The notes: generated by a model from the sequence alone, not told the origin. 64,000 nt of DNA from Acidimicrobiales bacterium (GCA_041918615.1 JAYRVH010000046.1:7990-71989); one strand, 5' to 3'. Counted from the first letter of the stretch, positions 1-9,366 are shown. Translations and numbers: made by a program.

Positions 1-242
1 TGGTAGAGGGCGCGCAGGTCGCCACGTAGCGTGCCGGTGTCGGGCAGGTCCTGGGGCCCGCCCGAGACACAACCGGCCGCCGCCAGCAGCAAGGCCTCCT
101 TCGAGGACCAACGCCGATAGATGGTGGCCTTCGACACGCCGGCGGTCGCTGCCACCGTGTCGATGCTGATCCCAGCGAACCCCTCCGTGGTCAGCAGCGT
201 CACCGCCGCCTCGAGGATCTCGGCACTCGCCCGCTCGTCCAT
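1..242 (-). CDS. TetR/AcrR-family transcriptional regulator, N-terminal part only (C-terminus lies outside the window)
   Basis: Own minus-strand translation from ATG at 242: MDERASAEILEAAVTLLTTEGFAGISIDTVAATAGVSKATIYRRWSSKEALL, a classic TetR HTH. It is absent from the ORF track because no stop lies in the window. It sits 53 nt downstream of the MFS gene on the same strand. Confidence 0.8.
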   Translation of the reverse strand, partial: MDERASAEILEAAVTLLTTEGFAGISIDTVAATAGVSKATIYRRWSSKEALLLAAAGCVSGGPQDLPDTGTLRGDLRALY

Positions 243-295
243 CGGTCGACCAGGCGGCCGCCGGGCCGCGGCGACGTCCGCTGCCGGTGCGACCG

Positions 296-1864
296 TCACC
301 CCACCGAGTCCTCGGGGATGACGGCGCGGGCGGGGAGCGCGACGAGTGCGACGATCGAACCGAGCAGGGCCACGCCGGCACCGACCCAGAGTGACACGCC
401 CATGCCGTTCACGTAGGCGGCGCGGGCGGCGTTGGTGAGGGTGTCCGCCACGGGACCGGGGAGGCGGGACGACACGCTGACCGCGGCACCGATGCTGTCC
501 TCGATGACCGAGGCGACGGCGCCCGGTACGGGCAGACCGGCCAGCACCTCGGCCATCTTCGCGCCGTACACCGACGACAGCAGGCTGCCCAGCACCGCCA
601 CGCCGAGGGCGCCCCCCACCTGGCGGGTGGTGTCGTTCACCGCTGATCCCACACCCGCCTTGGCCAGCGGCAGCGAGCCCATGATCGACTCGGTGGCCGG
701 GGCCATGGTGAGGCCCATGCCCACCGACATCACCAGCAGCACCCCCAGCAGGGGCAGGTAGCCGCCGTCGGCGGTGAGGAACGTGCCGAGCACGAGCGCG
801 ACGCTCGTGAAGCCCAGGCCGCTCGCCACCACCGCCTTGGTTCCGACCTTCTCGACGATCCGAGCGCTCGAGGGGGCGACCACCATCATCACGGCCGCCA
901 TCGGCATGAACCGCACGCCGGTGGCCAGCGGCGAGTACCCCAGCACGAACTGCATGTACTGGGTGAACAGGAAGAGCGTGCCGAACATGGCGAAGAAGGT
1001 CATGGTGATGGCTCCGCTGGCTGCGCTGAACCGGGGATTGCGGAAGAAGTTGACGTCGAGCATCGGGTGGTCGCTGCGCTTCTCGTGAACCCCGAACGAC
1101 ACCAGCAGCGCGGTGGCGACGGCGAAGGCGGCCAGGGTGACGCTGTCGGTCCAACCCCGGTCGGGGGCCTCGATGATCGCCCAAACCAGCGTGACGAGGC
1201 CGGTGATGGACAGCAGCGCGCCGAGAGGGTCGAGGCGGGGCGGTGCCGGGTCCTTCGAATTGGGGATGAGCTTCCACCCCGCCACCAGGGCCACCACGAC
1301 GACCGGCACGTTGATCAGGAACACCGAGCCCCACCAGAAGTGGTCGAGCAGCCAGCCGCCGGTCACGGGGCCGATGGCCACGGCCATGCCCGAGGTGCCC
1401 GCCCAGATGGCAATGGCGCGTGCCCGCTCCCGGTGGTCGGTGAACACGTTCGTGAGGATCGAGAGCGTGGCCGGCATGATCAGCGCGCCGCCGATGCCCA
1501 TGACCGCCCGCCAGAAGATCAGCTGCGCCGGGTCGCTGGACCAGGCCGAGATGAACGACGCCGAGCCCATGATGGCCAGGCCCAGCGAGAGCGCGGGCTT
1601 GCGGCCATAGCGATCGCCCAGGCTTCCCATCGTGAGCAGCAGGCCGGCGAACACGAGCACGTAGGCGTCGACGATCCACTGCAGCTCGCTGCCCGTGGCG
1701 CCCAGGTCACGTTGGATGGTGGGAAGGGCCACGTTGACGATCGTGTTGTCCATCACGATCAGCAACAGGCTGAGGCACAGCACCGCCAGCGCCCACCAGC
1801 GTCGTGGGTCCCGCTCGTCCACCTCGGGCAGCGCGGCCCCGGCGGAGGTGGTGTCGGTCGCCAT
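296..1864 (-). CDS. MFS drug:H+ antiporter, DHA2 (EmrB/QacA-like, 14 TMS)
   Basis: ORF 296..1927. Start placed at ATG 1864 (MATDTTSAG) because GGAGGA lies 5 nt upstream. Motifs MDNTIVNVALPTIQRDLG and LGDRYGRK, with many hydrophobic spans. Confidence 0.88.
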   Translation of the reverse strand: MATDTTSAGAALPEVDERDPRRWWALAVLCLSLLLIVMDNTIVNVALPTIQRDLGATGSELQWIVDAYVLVFAGLLLTMGSLGDRYGRKPALSLGLAIMGSASFISAWSSDPAQLIFWRAVMGIGGALIMPATLSILTNVFTDHRERARAIAIWAGTSGMAVAIGPVTGGWLLDHFWWGSVFLINVPVVVVALVAGWKLIPNSKDPAPPRLDPLGALLSITGLVTLVWAIIEAPDRGWTDSVTLAAFAVATALLVSFGVHEKRSDHPMLDVNFFRNPRFSAASGAITMTFFAMFGTLFLFTQYMQFVLGYSPLATGVRFMPMAAVMMVVAPSSARIVEKVGTKAVVASGLGFTSVALVLGTFLTADGGYLPLLGVLLVMSVGMGLTMAPATESIMGSLPLAKAGVGSAVNDTTRQVGGALGVAVLGSLLSSVYGAKMAEVLAGLPVPGAVASVIEDSIGAAVSVSSRLPGPVADTLTNAARAAYVNGMGVSLWVGAGVALLGSIVALVALPARAVIPEDSVG

Positions 1865-1932
1865 CAAGTCCTCCAATACGAAACGATCCGGGCTCGTGTT
1901 GTCATCCCACGAGAAGGCGAACCACAATCCGC

Positions 1933-4419
1933 TCAGCGAAGCATCTGACGGATGCGCCGGGCGTACTCCTCTGCCAGTCGACGGGCGGCGACGTCGGTCT
2001 CGGCCTCGGCCCAGATGTGGGTCACGGGCTCCTCGGGGTCGGGCAGGGCCAATGCCCAGCCGTCGTCATGGAGGACCTTCACGCCATCGACCAGCTCGAG
2101 CTCACGATCGGCAGACCGTTCCACCAGGGTGCGCATCACCATCCCCTTCTGCTCCCACGGTGTGATCACCCGCTCGTGGGCCATGTGGATGCGGGGCAGG
2201 CCCTCGACCACCTCGGACAGCGGGGCATCGTGGTGCGCCAGCAGGTCGAGTGCCTTGACCAGCGAGGCCGCCGCGTCGAAGGCGGGAAGGAAGGACGGGA
2301 AGATGAAGCCGCCACCGAGATCAGCGGCGAATCCGACTCCCTTCGTGGTGGCCGCGTCCATGAGGGCGGACGAGGAGGTCTTGGTGGCCAGCACCTCGAC
2401 CCCCGCCTCCGCGAGGATCGTCGAAGCCCTCATCGTGGCCGACACAGGCAGGGCCACCCGGTCGCCGCCGAGCCGGCCGCGCACCAGCGTGAGCAGTGCC
2501 AACAGCGCCTCGTCGGGGTCGAGGACGTGCCCGCGGTCGTCGATGAGGGTGAGCCGCTCACCGGGCGGATCGATCACCGCGCCCACGTTCGCCCCCGAGG
2601 CGCGCACCAGCCGGGCAACCTGCTCGGCGTGGGCGGCGCGGTCGAACTCGACCACGCCTGCGGTCGACACGAAGGGATTGACCGCCAGGACCTCGGCCCC
2701 GAGCTTCGAGAAGACGTTGGCCATCACGAACGAAGTCGAGCCGTAGGAATAGTCGACCACCACCTTGAAGCCGGCCGCTTCGACGGCGGCCACGTCGACC
2801 GCCGACTCGAGGGCGACCGCGTACTGCTCGAGGGCGCGCGGGGGGAAGCCGATGTCGCCGATCTCGCGAGGCAGCACCCGGCGGTAGTCCTCACGGTTGA
2901 AGAGGCGCTCGATCTTGCGCTGCGTGTCCTCGTTGATGTCGGCGCCGTTGGTGTCGAAGAACCGGATGGCCACGGACTGTGCGTCATGCTCGAGGAGACG
3001 GAGGGTGATCCCCCCCACCGCGTCGGGACGTCGGGCCTGCACCCGGGTGACCGGCACGCTGGCCACCTCGAGGTCCAGCACGTTGACACCCCCCGCGTTG
3101 AGGCCGGCCATCATCGCCCGCTTGAGCATGCGGGCCGAACGGCTGGAGTCGCGTGAGGTGATGACGGTGCTGTCCTTCTTCACCGTCGTGGCGAAAGCCA
3201 TGGCCACACGGGCCGCGAACTCGGGGGTGATGTCGACGTTGGCCAGGCCCGCCACCCCGTCACGGCCGAAGAGGCTGCGGGCACCTCGTGACTCCCACAC
3301 GATGGACGAGTTGATGATCGCGCCGGCTTCGACGGTCTTGAACGGGTACACCTTCACGCCCGCGCCGATCACCGCGTTGTCGCCCACGAAGCACTCGTCA
3401 CCGAGCACCACGCCCTCCTCGCAGCGGACGCCGCGCCGCAGATCGCACGCTCGCCCCACCACGGCGCCACCCAGGCGGCACTGCTCACCCAGGTAGGTGT
3501 TGTCGTGGACCACGGCCCGCTGCAGGTGGACCTCGTCGCGCACCTTCACGTTGGTGCCCAGCACCACGTACTCGCCAAGCCGGGCGCCTGCCTCGATCCG
3601 GCAGTTGTCGCCGATGACCGCGGGGCCCTCGATGACCGCGTCGGGATGGACCTCGACCCCCTCGCCCACCCAGAGGCCCTCGGACATGCGGAAGCCGGGG
3701 ATGTCGAGGGCGACCTTGGCGTCGAGCGCGTCCTTGTGGGCCCGGAGATAGGACTCGAGCGTGCCGACGTCCTCCCAGTAGCCCTCGGCCACCGCGCCGT
3801 ACAGCGGCCGGCCCTCGTCGAGCAGCCTGGGGAACACCTCGCTCGAGAAGTCGACGGGGCGACCCGGCTCGATGTAGTCGAAGATCTCGGGCTCGAGCAC
3901 GAAGATCCCGGTGTTGATCGTGTCGCTGAAGACCTGACCCCACGTGGGCTTCTCGAGGAACCGTTCGATGCTCCCGTCCTCGCGTGTGATCACGATGCCG
4001 AACTCGAGGGGGTTCTCGACCGGCACGAGCCCGATGGTTGCGAGCGCGCCCTTGGCCTCGTGGGTGCGGACCATGTCTCCCAGGTCGATGTCGGTGACCA
4101 CGTCGCCCGAGATCACGAGGAAACGCTCGTCCAGCTCGTCCATGGCATTGCGCACCGAACCGGCCGTGCCGAGCGGCGACTCCTCGGTGGCGTAGACCAT
4201 TCGAACGCCGAACTCGGAGCCGTCGCCGAAGTAGGTGCGGATCGCATTCGCCATGAAGGCGACCGTGACGACGATCTCGTCGAACCCGTGGACCTTCAAG
4301 AGGTTGACGATGTGCTCCATCATCGGCCGGTTGACGATCGGCATCATCGGCTTGGGGACGTTGGAGGTCAGCGGCCGGAGCCGGGTCCCCTCCCCGCCCG
4401 CCATGATCACTGCCTTCAT
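1933..4419 (-). CDS. Bifunctional sugar-1-phosphate nucleotidylyltransferase (ManC/GMP-like, with left-handed beta-helix) fused to phosphomannomutase/phosphoglucomutase
   Basis: Start MKAVIMAGGEGTRLRPLT at 4419 with AAGGAG upstream. N-terminal nucleotidyltransferase G-rich loop, hexapeptide-repeat middle region, C-terminal PGM/PMM-like domains. The 364 codons upstream in ORF 1933..5511 are Arg/Pro-rich read-through. Confidence 0.88.
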   Translation of the reverse strand: MKAVIMAGGEGTRLRPLTSNVPKPMMPIVNRPMMEHIVNLLKVHGFDEIVVTVAFMANAIRTYFGDGSEFGVRMVYATEESPLGTAGSVRNAMDELDERFLVISGDVVTDIDLGDMVRTHEAKGALATIGLVPVENPLEFGIVITREDGSIERFLEKPTWGQVFSDTINTGIFVLEPEIFDYIEPGRPVDFSSEVFPRLLDEGRPLYGAVAEGYWEDVGTLESYLRAHKDALDAKVALDIPGFRMSEGLWVGEGVEVHPDAVIEGPAVIGDNCRIEAGARLGEYVVLGTNVKVRDEVHLQRAVVHDNTYLGEQCRLGGAVVGRACDLRRGVRCEEGVVLGDECFVGDNAVIGAGVKVYPFKTVEAGAIINSSIVWESRGARSLFGRDGVAGLANVDITPEFAARVAMAFATTVKKDSTVITSRDSSRSARMLKRAMMAGLNAGGVNVLDLEVASVPVTRVQARRPDAVGGITLRLLEHDAQSVAIRFFDTNGADINEDTQRKIERLFNREDYRRVLPREIGDIGFPPRALEQYAVALESAVDVAAVEAAGFKVVVDYSYGSTSFVMANVFSKLGAEVLAVNPFVSTAGVVEFDRAAHAEQVARLVRASGANVGAVIDPPGERLTLIDDRGHVLDPDEALLALLTLVRGRLGGDRVALPVSATMRASTILAEAGVEVLATKTSSSALMDAATTKGVGFAADLGGGFIFPSFLPAFDAAASLVKALDLLAHHDAPLSEVVEGLPRIHMAHERVITPWEQKGMVMRTLVERSADRELELVDGVKVLHDDGWALALPDPEEPVTHIWAEAETDVAARRLAEEYARRIRQMLR

Positions 4420-5036
4420 GTGGTCTCCTTCACGGGTACGGGCTTTCGCGCGGCGCGTCCCTCCCGAAGGGCCTCGAGGCCGAGCGGGACATACAGCGCC
4501 GCCGCGTAGTAACTGAGCACGAGGCCCGGGATGCCGAAGCCCCAGGCGAGGACCAGGGCCAGCGACGCCCACCCGATGGTGCTCGCCCCCGCCAGGAAGA
4601 AGGGGAAGGCGCCCATGAGGCAGAACGTGCCGGCCTTGCCGTACCAGGTGACATCGATCCGCCTGGCTCCGAGGGCGGCCAGCCCGAGCACGGCGATCGA
4701 GACGAACGCCTCGCGGGCCAGCACCATCACCGAGAACCAGACCGGGGCGGCGCCGTCGACGAGGATGGCACCCACCCCGACGAAGAAGAGCATGCGATCG
4801 GCCACGGGGTCGAGCACCTTCCCCAACGACGAGACCTGGTCGTAGTGGCGGGCGATGTAGCCGTCGACCCAGTCGGTGGCTCCCAGCAGGAACAGCATGG
4901 CCGCCGCGGCCGCCCGGTTGTCCCGACCGAAGAGCAGGTAGAGGAACAACGGCAGGCACGCCAGCCGCAGGAAGGTGATGACGTTGGGCCACGTGAGGAT
5001 CCGGTCCTCGCCGTCGCGGTCTCCGGGGCCTCTCAC
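4416..5036 (-). CDS. CDP-alcohol phosphatidyltransferase (PgsA / PI-phosphate synthase class)
   Basis: Motif DWVDGYIARHYDQVSSLGKVLDPVAD = D-G-x2-A-R-x8-G-x3-D-x3-D. Multi-TM protein. GTG start at 5036. Its stop overlaps the next ATG (ATGA at 4416-4419). Confidence 0.88.
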   Translation of the reverse strand: MRGPGDRDGEDRILTWPNVITFLRLACLPLFLYLLFGRDNRAAAAAMLFLLGATDWVDGYIARHYDQVSSLGKVLDPVADRMLFFVGVGAILVDGAAPVWFSVMVLAREAFVSIAVLGLAALGARRIDVTWYGKAGTFCLMGAFPFFLAGASTIGWASLALVLAWGFGIPGLVLSYYAAALYVPLGLEALREGRAARKPVPVKETT

Positions 5037-5042
5037 GTCCCC

Positions 5043-5052
5043 AGTCTACGAT
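5043..5052. promoter_or_regulatory. Two overlapping divergent -10-like hexamers in a 22-bp intergenic region
   Basis: Minus strand: TAGACT (5048-5043), then 6 nt, then GTG 5036. Plus strand: TACGAT (5047-5052), then 6 nt, then ATG 5059. Both fit TANNNT, and neither gene has a Shine-Dalgarno sequence, so a leaderless layout is inferred. Confidence 0.45.
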
Positions 5053-5058
5053 CAGGGG

Positions 5059-5487
5059 ATGCCGACGGTCTTCACCCTGATCATCCGCGGCGAGCTCCCG
5101 GCGCGCTTCGTCTGGCGGGACGACCGGTGCGTGGCGTTCCTGTCGATCAATCCGCTGCAGCCAGGCCACACCCTGGTCGTGCCGATCGCGGAGGTCGAGC
5201 ACTGGATCGACCTCGAGCCCGACCTCGTGCAGCACCTGACCGCGGTGGCCCACGCCATCGGCAAGGTGCAGCAACAGGTCTTCCGGCCCGCCAAGGTGGG
5301 CCTCATGGTCGCCGGCCTCGAGGTGCCCCACGTCCACCTGCACCTGGTCCCGATCAGGGGGGTGCACGACCTGGACTTCGCCAACGCCGAACCGGACCCC
5401 GAACCCGCCGAGCTCGACCGCGCCGCCGGGGCGATCCGCGACGGGCTGCGCGTCGCGGGCCACGCCGAGGCGACCGACGGCACCTGA
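5059..5487 (+). CDS. HIT-family (histidine triad) nucleotide hydrolase/transferase
   Basis: MPTVFTLIIRGELPARFVWRDD...NPLQPGHTLVVP...HVHLHLVP (HxHxHxx triad). Start at ATG 5059, within ORF 4975..5487. Confidence 0.88.
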   Translation: MPTVFTLIIRGELPARFVWRDDRCVAFLSINPLQPGHTLVVPIAEVEHWIDLEPDLVQHLTAVAHAIGKVQQQVFRPAKVGLMVAGLEVPHVHLHLVPIRGVHDLDFANAEPDPEPAELDRAAGAIRDGLRVAGHAEATDGT

Positions 5488-5510
5488 CCGCCAGGACCCG
5501 TCGATCCTCA

Positions 5511-7040
5511 TCAGCCCGACCGGTGGTCGCTCCGGTAGAGGGCGATGCCGTCGGTGTTGAACGTGCGGGCGAAGCCAAGGGCCACCATCCCCTCGTGGAA
5601 CAGGCCACGGTCGTCGTCGTCCCAGAAGATGGCGGCCCGCTCGTCGAACACCACCACGTCCACCCCGTCCGCTGCGGCTCGCCGCACATGGGGATGGTCC
5701 TCCGTCTCGAGAACGTAGAGGTGAGGGCGCTCGGCGAGGAGCGGGAGAAGCGCCGGTGACGCCCGCACGCGGTCGTCGGCGTCGATGAGATCGACGGCAT
5801 CGAGGCGGGCGTCGTCGGCGGCGTCACGTCTCCCGAGGTCCCAGGGGTGGCGGTAAGGCGAGGTGGTCGCATCGCGGACGAAGAAGACCGCCGCCGCCAG
5901 GAGCAGGGCTGCGAGGATTCGGCGGTCGACGTTCACCCGCTCGAGGCTCCGCCGACCGATGCGGCTGAGGGCCATCGTGGTCGCCAGGAACACGAAGGCC
6001 GTGATGGCGATGTTCTGCTCGACACGGGGTGCGGTGGCCTCGCTGGCGTTCGCCACCAGGTAGAGCACCTCGAGCGGGATGGCGGGCAGCAGGTACCTCG
6101 GGGCCAGGACCGGCAGGAAGAAGACGGGCGCCAGCAGCATCACCACGATCCTGAAGTTCTCCTCGGCGGTGACATCGGCCAGCACCGAGAACGGGTGGGT
6201 GAGCATGCCCCCCAGCGCACCGAAGGCCGAGCCGCCGTAGGACGAGAAGGCGGTCGCATGGACGAACACGCCGTCGGCGTAGTGGGGCTGCACGACCAGC
6301 AGGGCACCGAGCAGCCAGGCGAGCCCGAATGCCGCCGTGAGCGCACCCTCGCGCCGGCGACCCTCGAGGGCCAGCAGCCCGCCGATGCCCGCCACGACGA
6401 GCGCGAAGTCGGCCCGGCACAGCACGGTGAGCAGCACGCAGAGGGCGAAGAGGCGCCAGCGGCCGGTGAGTCCGAACAACGACGCGAACAGGAGAGAAGG
6501 AAGGGCGAGGGCGGCCAGGTGGAAGTCGGCCTGGTTGATGTTCTGGAGCGCGGGGTAGAGGCCGTACGCGACCAGAAGCGTGGCGGCCGCACCCGCACGC
6601 AGATGGGTGACCCGCCGGGCGATCCGCCAGAGAGGAACGGCACCGAGGGCCAGCATGGCCGACTGCAGGAGCAGCAGGGTCGGCACCGCGGGCAACAGGC
6701 CGGTGATCCACGCGATCGGGTAGAACACGAACCCCGCCTGGTCCGCCAGGAGGTGCGAACCGGTGATCGAGAGGAACGGCGGGCGACCATGGTCGATCAA
6801 CCAGGCGCCCTGCAGGTAGGCCGCGAGGTCGGTGCCGCCCTCGAGCGAACGAGCGCGGCCGAGCGCCATTCCCCCGAGCCACACGAACAGGACCGCCGCG
6901 GTCGCCCACGGGACCACCCGGTCGGCGAAGTCGCTGTCCAACCGGGCCTGCCAACGAAGCGAGATGTTGTCGAGGCGGCGGCGGAGTGCCTGCGACCGGC
7001 TGGGCGGGCTGAGGGTCGCCGCCTTCCTACTCACGCTCAC
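5511..7040 (-). CDS. DUF2079-like polytopic membrane protein (GT-C-like)
   Basis: ORF 5511..7082. About 12 hydrophobic spans followed by a soluble C-terminal domain. Start uncertain: GTG 7040 (GGGGA upstream) or GTG 7034 would give a short overlap with the SRAP stop, whereas 7082 overlaps it by 56 nt. Confidence 0.7.
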   Translation of the reverse strand: MSVSRKAATLSPPSRSQALRRRLDNISLRWQARLDSDFADRVVPWATAAVLFVWLGGMALGRARSLEGGTDLAAYLQGAWLIDHGRPPFLSITGSHLLADQAGFVFYPIAWITGLLPAVPTLLLLQSAMLALGAVPLWRIARRVTHLRAGAAATLLVAYGLYPALQNINQADFHLAALALPSLLFASLFGLTGRWRLFALCVLLTVLCRADFALVVAGIGGLLALEGRRREGALTAAFGLAWLLGALLVVQPHYADGVFVHATAFSSYGGSAFGALGGMLTHPFSVLADVTAEENFRIVVMLLAPVFFLPVLAPRYLLPAIPLEVLYLVANASEATAPRVEQNIAITAFVFLATTMALSRIGRRSLERVNVDRRILAALLLAAAVFFVRDATTSPYRHPWDLGRRDAADDARLDAVDLIDADDRVRASPALLPLLAERPHLYVLETEDHPHVRRAAADGVDVVVFDERAAIFWDDDDRGLFHEGMVALGFARTFNTDGIALYRSDHRSG

Positions 7041-7752
7041 CGGTCGTCCCCGACGCGCCGGCGGCACCCGGGTCGATCGCATCGATGAGGTGCTCGCCCC
7101 GGTTTCGCACGCTGTTCACCTCGGTGCTCACCGGGCGGAGCGAGATGAGGTGGGACGGTGCCGGCACGAGGAAGCGCCCGAGGAGATCGGTGTCGTGCAT
7201 CTCGGGGTCGAGCCAGGTGTCCCAGGCATCGGGGGGCAGCATCACGGGCATGCGGTCGTGGATGTGCGCCATCTTCTCGTTGGGGGCACACGTGATGATC
7301 GTGGTGCTGGCGAGCGGCTCACCCTTCCGGTCGGCGCCCCGCCACACCTCCCAGAGCCCCGCCAGTGCCAGTGGCTCACCGTCGGGCCGATGGACGAAGT
7401 ACGGCTGCTTGCGCTTCTCGCCCGCCACCTTGTCCCATTCGTAGAAGCCGTCCACCGGGATGATGCACCGGCGCTTGCGGAAGGCGTGCTTGAAGGCGTT
7501 CTTGTCGGCCAGGGTCTCCGCACGGGCATTGATCATCCTGTTGCCCACCTTCAGGTCCTTGGCCCAGATGGGGACGAGGCCCCAGCGCAGCGCCTCGAGA
7601 CGACGGGCCCCGCCGGTCTCGAGGACGGTGTAGACGGCGGTGGTCGGCGCCACGTTGTGGTTGGGGGCCAGCAGCGTCTCGGTTGCCTCGTCGACGTCGA
7701 AGTACCGGGCGATCTGGTCGGGTGGGGTGGCGGAGACGAACCGGCCGCACAT
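7027..7752 (-). CDS. SOS-response-associated peptidase (SRAP / YedK / HMCES family)
   Basis: Starts MCGRF (catalytic Cys2 directly after Met) at 7752. Also RWGLVPIWAK, INARAET and PVDGFYEW motifs. Confidence 0.88.
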   Translation of the reverse strand: MCGRFVSATPPDQIARYFDVDEATETLLAPNHNVAPTTAVYTVLETGGARRLEALRWGLVPIWAKDLKVGNRMINARAETLADKNAFKHAFRKRRCIIPVDGFYEWDKVAGEKRKQPYFVHRPDGEPLALAGLWEVWRGADRKGEPLASTTIITCAPNEKMAHIHDRMPVMLPPDAWDTWLDPEMHDTDLLGRFLVPAPSHLISLRPVSTEVNSVRNRGEHLIDAIDPGAAGASGTTGERE

Positions 7753-7762
7753 CGCCCACACG

Positions 7763-9271
7763 CTAGCCAGGTGGCGTGAAGCGGGGCTCTCGGCAACTGT
7801 CGCCGTGGCAATCGCGCACCTGCCGGAGGAGGCCCGCCAGGCGGTCCTCCAACTCGGCGTACGAGGGCTTGCCGGCGATGTTCGACAACTGGTACGGGTC
7901 GGCGGTGAGGTCGTAGAGCTCGACGAAGCCCGTGACGTACTCCACGTAGGTGTAGCCGGGGACGCGCACCCCGTCGAAGTGCGGGATGGCCGCGTTCTGT
8001 TGGGGGCCGTTCTGGATGTAGATCACGCGGTCGTCGGGCGGCGGGTCGGGGTCGCCGGCCGGGGGGAGCAGCGACTCGCCGTCCATCTCGAGGCTGCCGT
8101 CCACACCGGCCACGTCGAGGATCGTCGGCGCCAGGTCGATGTTGGCCGTCAACCGGGGCGCGGTCGCGCCGGCCGCGAACCCGGGACCGCGGATGATCAG
8201 CGGCACGTGGATGCCCTCTTCGTAGGGGACCGTCTTGACGTCGCGGAGCCGGTGCTCACCCTGGAGCAGGCCGTTGTCGGACCAGAAGACGATGACGGTG
8301 TTGTCCAACTCGCCGGCATCCTCGAGGGCGGTGACCATGCGGTCGACCGCCTCGTCGACCGCGAGCAGCGACTCGAGGGCGCGCTGGTAGTGGTTCTGCG
8401 CGGAGATCCTCGTGGTCACGAACATCTGGTCGCGACCCGCTAGGAACAGTGGCTTGTCGCTCACGTCCTCCTCGTCGTAGGAGGGGGTCTGATCAGGGCC
8501 CCACGGCTCGGCCGTCAGCGTGTGGTCGTGCCGTGGCGCCGGCACCGACGTCACCTCGGGGATGGTGTTCGGGGCGACCTCGGGCTGCTCGACGTGGGGC
8601 GCCAACGTCCACAGGTTCAGGAAGAAGGGCCGGTCGCGGGCCGCCAGGCGCTCGATCTCCGAGACGGCCCGGTCGGCTTGCACGTCGGTCTGGTAGTCCT
8701 GCGGCCTGTTCCCGTAGTGCGCCACCTCGCCGTTGTCGTTCACGTTGTAGTTGAAGTACTTGAACGTGCTCGGATGGATGGTGACGAACCAGTCGTCCCA
8801 TCCCGGGGGGATCTCGGTGGGGCTCCGGGCGCCATAGGTGTAGAGGTAGTGGCCCACCATGCTCGTGGAGTAGCCCGCCCGCTGCAGCCAGACCGCCAGG
8901 GTGTTGATGTTGTCGAGGGCGTAGTACCCGCCGCGCTCACCGATGTTGTCGATGACGCCGTGATTGAATGCGTACTGACCGGTGAGGAACGTGGCGCGTG
9001 ACGGGCAGCACAGCGGGAAGCTGGTGACGAAGTTCGAGAAGGTCGTGCCCTCGTCACCCAGCAGGGCATTGGTTCGGGTCATCACCCGCATGCTCTCGAG
9101 CGTCTGGTCGTCGGTGAGGATCACCACCACGTTGGGCGCGTCGGCGGCGGCCTGGGGCACCGTCTCGGTGCTGCGGGTTGCCCGCTGGTCCCCGCCACCG
9201 CAGGCGGCGGCCGCGAGCGCCAGTAGGAGGAGAACGGCGGCGAGCCGCGAGATCTTTCGCACGGGAGGCAC
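7763..9271 (-). CDS. Secreted/lipoprotein type I sulfatase (formylglycine-dependent)
   Basis: NVVVILTDDQ metal site and CCPSRATFLTG (CxPSR). Lipobox LLLLALAAAACGG. GTG start at 9271 (or 9262). The upstream 184 codons of ORF 7763..9823 are Arg/Pro junk. Confidence 0.88.
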   Translation of the reverse strand: MPPVRKISRLAAVLLLLALAAAACGGGDQRATRSTETVPQAAADAPNVVVILTDDQTLESMRVMTRTNALLGDEGTTFSNFVTSFPLCCPSRATFLTGQYAFNHGVIDNIGERGGYYALDNINTLAVWLQRAGYSTSMVGHYLYTYGARSPTEIPPGWDDWFVTIHPSTFKYFNYNVNDNGEVAHYGNRPQDYQTDVQADRAVSEIERLAARDRPFFLNLWTLAPHVEQPEVAPNTIPEVTSVPAPRHDHTLTAEPWGPDQTPSYDEEDVSDKPLFLAGRDQMFVTTRISAQNHYQRALESLLAVDEAVDRMVTALEDAGELDNTVIVFWSDNGLLQGEHRLRDVKTVPYEEGIHVPLIIRGPGFAAGATAPRLTANIDLAPTILDVAGVDGSLEMDGESLLPPAGDPDPPPDDRVIYIQNGPQQNAAIPHFDGVRVPGYTYVEYVTGFVELYDLTADPYQLSNIAGKPSYAELEDRLAGLLRQVRDCHGDSCREPRFTPPG

Positions 9272-9366
9272 GACCCTAGCGGCGCCCCGGGGCCCATTTC
9301 GGGTCACCCGGGCGTGAGTAGACGCGTCAGAGGCGCCCCCGGTGTGGACGTGCCAAGGTAGGTCCC

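Noticed and set aside
4420-5511. N-terminal 364-codon extension of the ManC/ManB ORF (1933..5511), which would make a 1192-aa protein.
   Set aside because: The extension is Arg/Pro/Gly-rich nonsense. It overlaps the well-supported phosphatidyltransferase gene (in another frame on the same strand) and is antisense to the HIT gene. A canonical MKAVIMAGGEGTRLRP start with AAGGAG lies at 4419.
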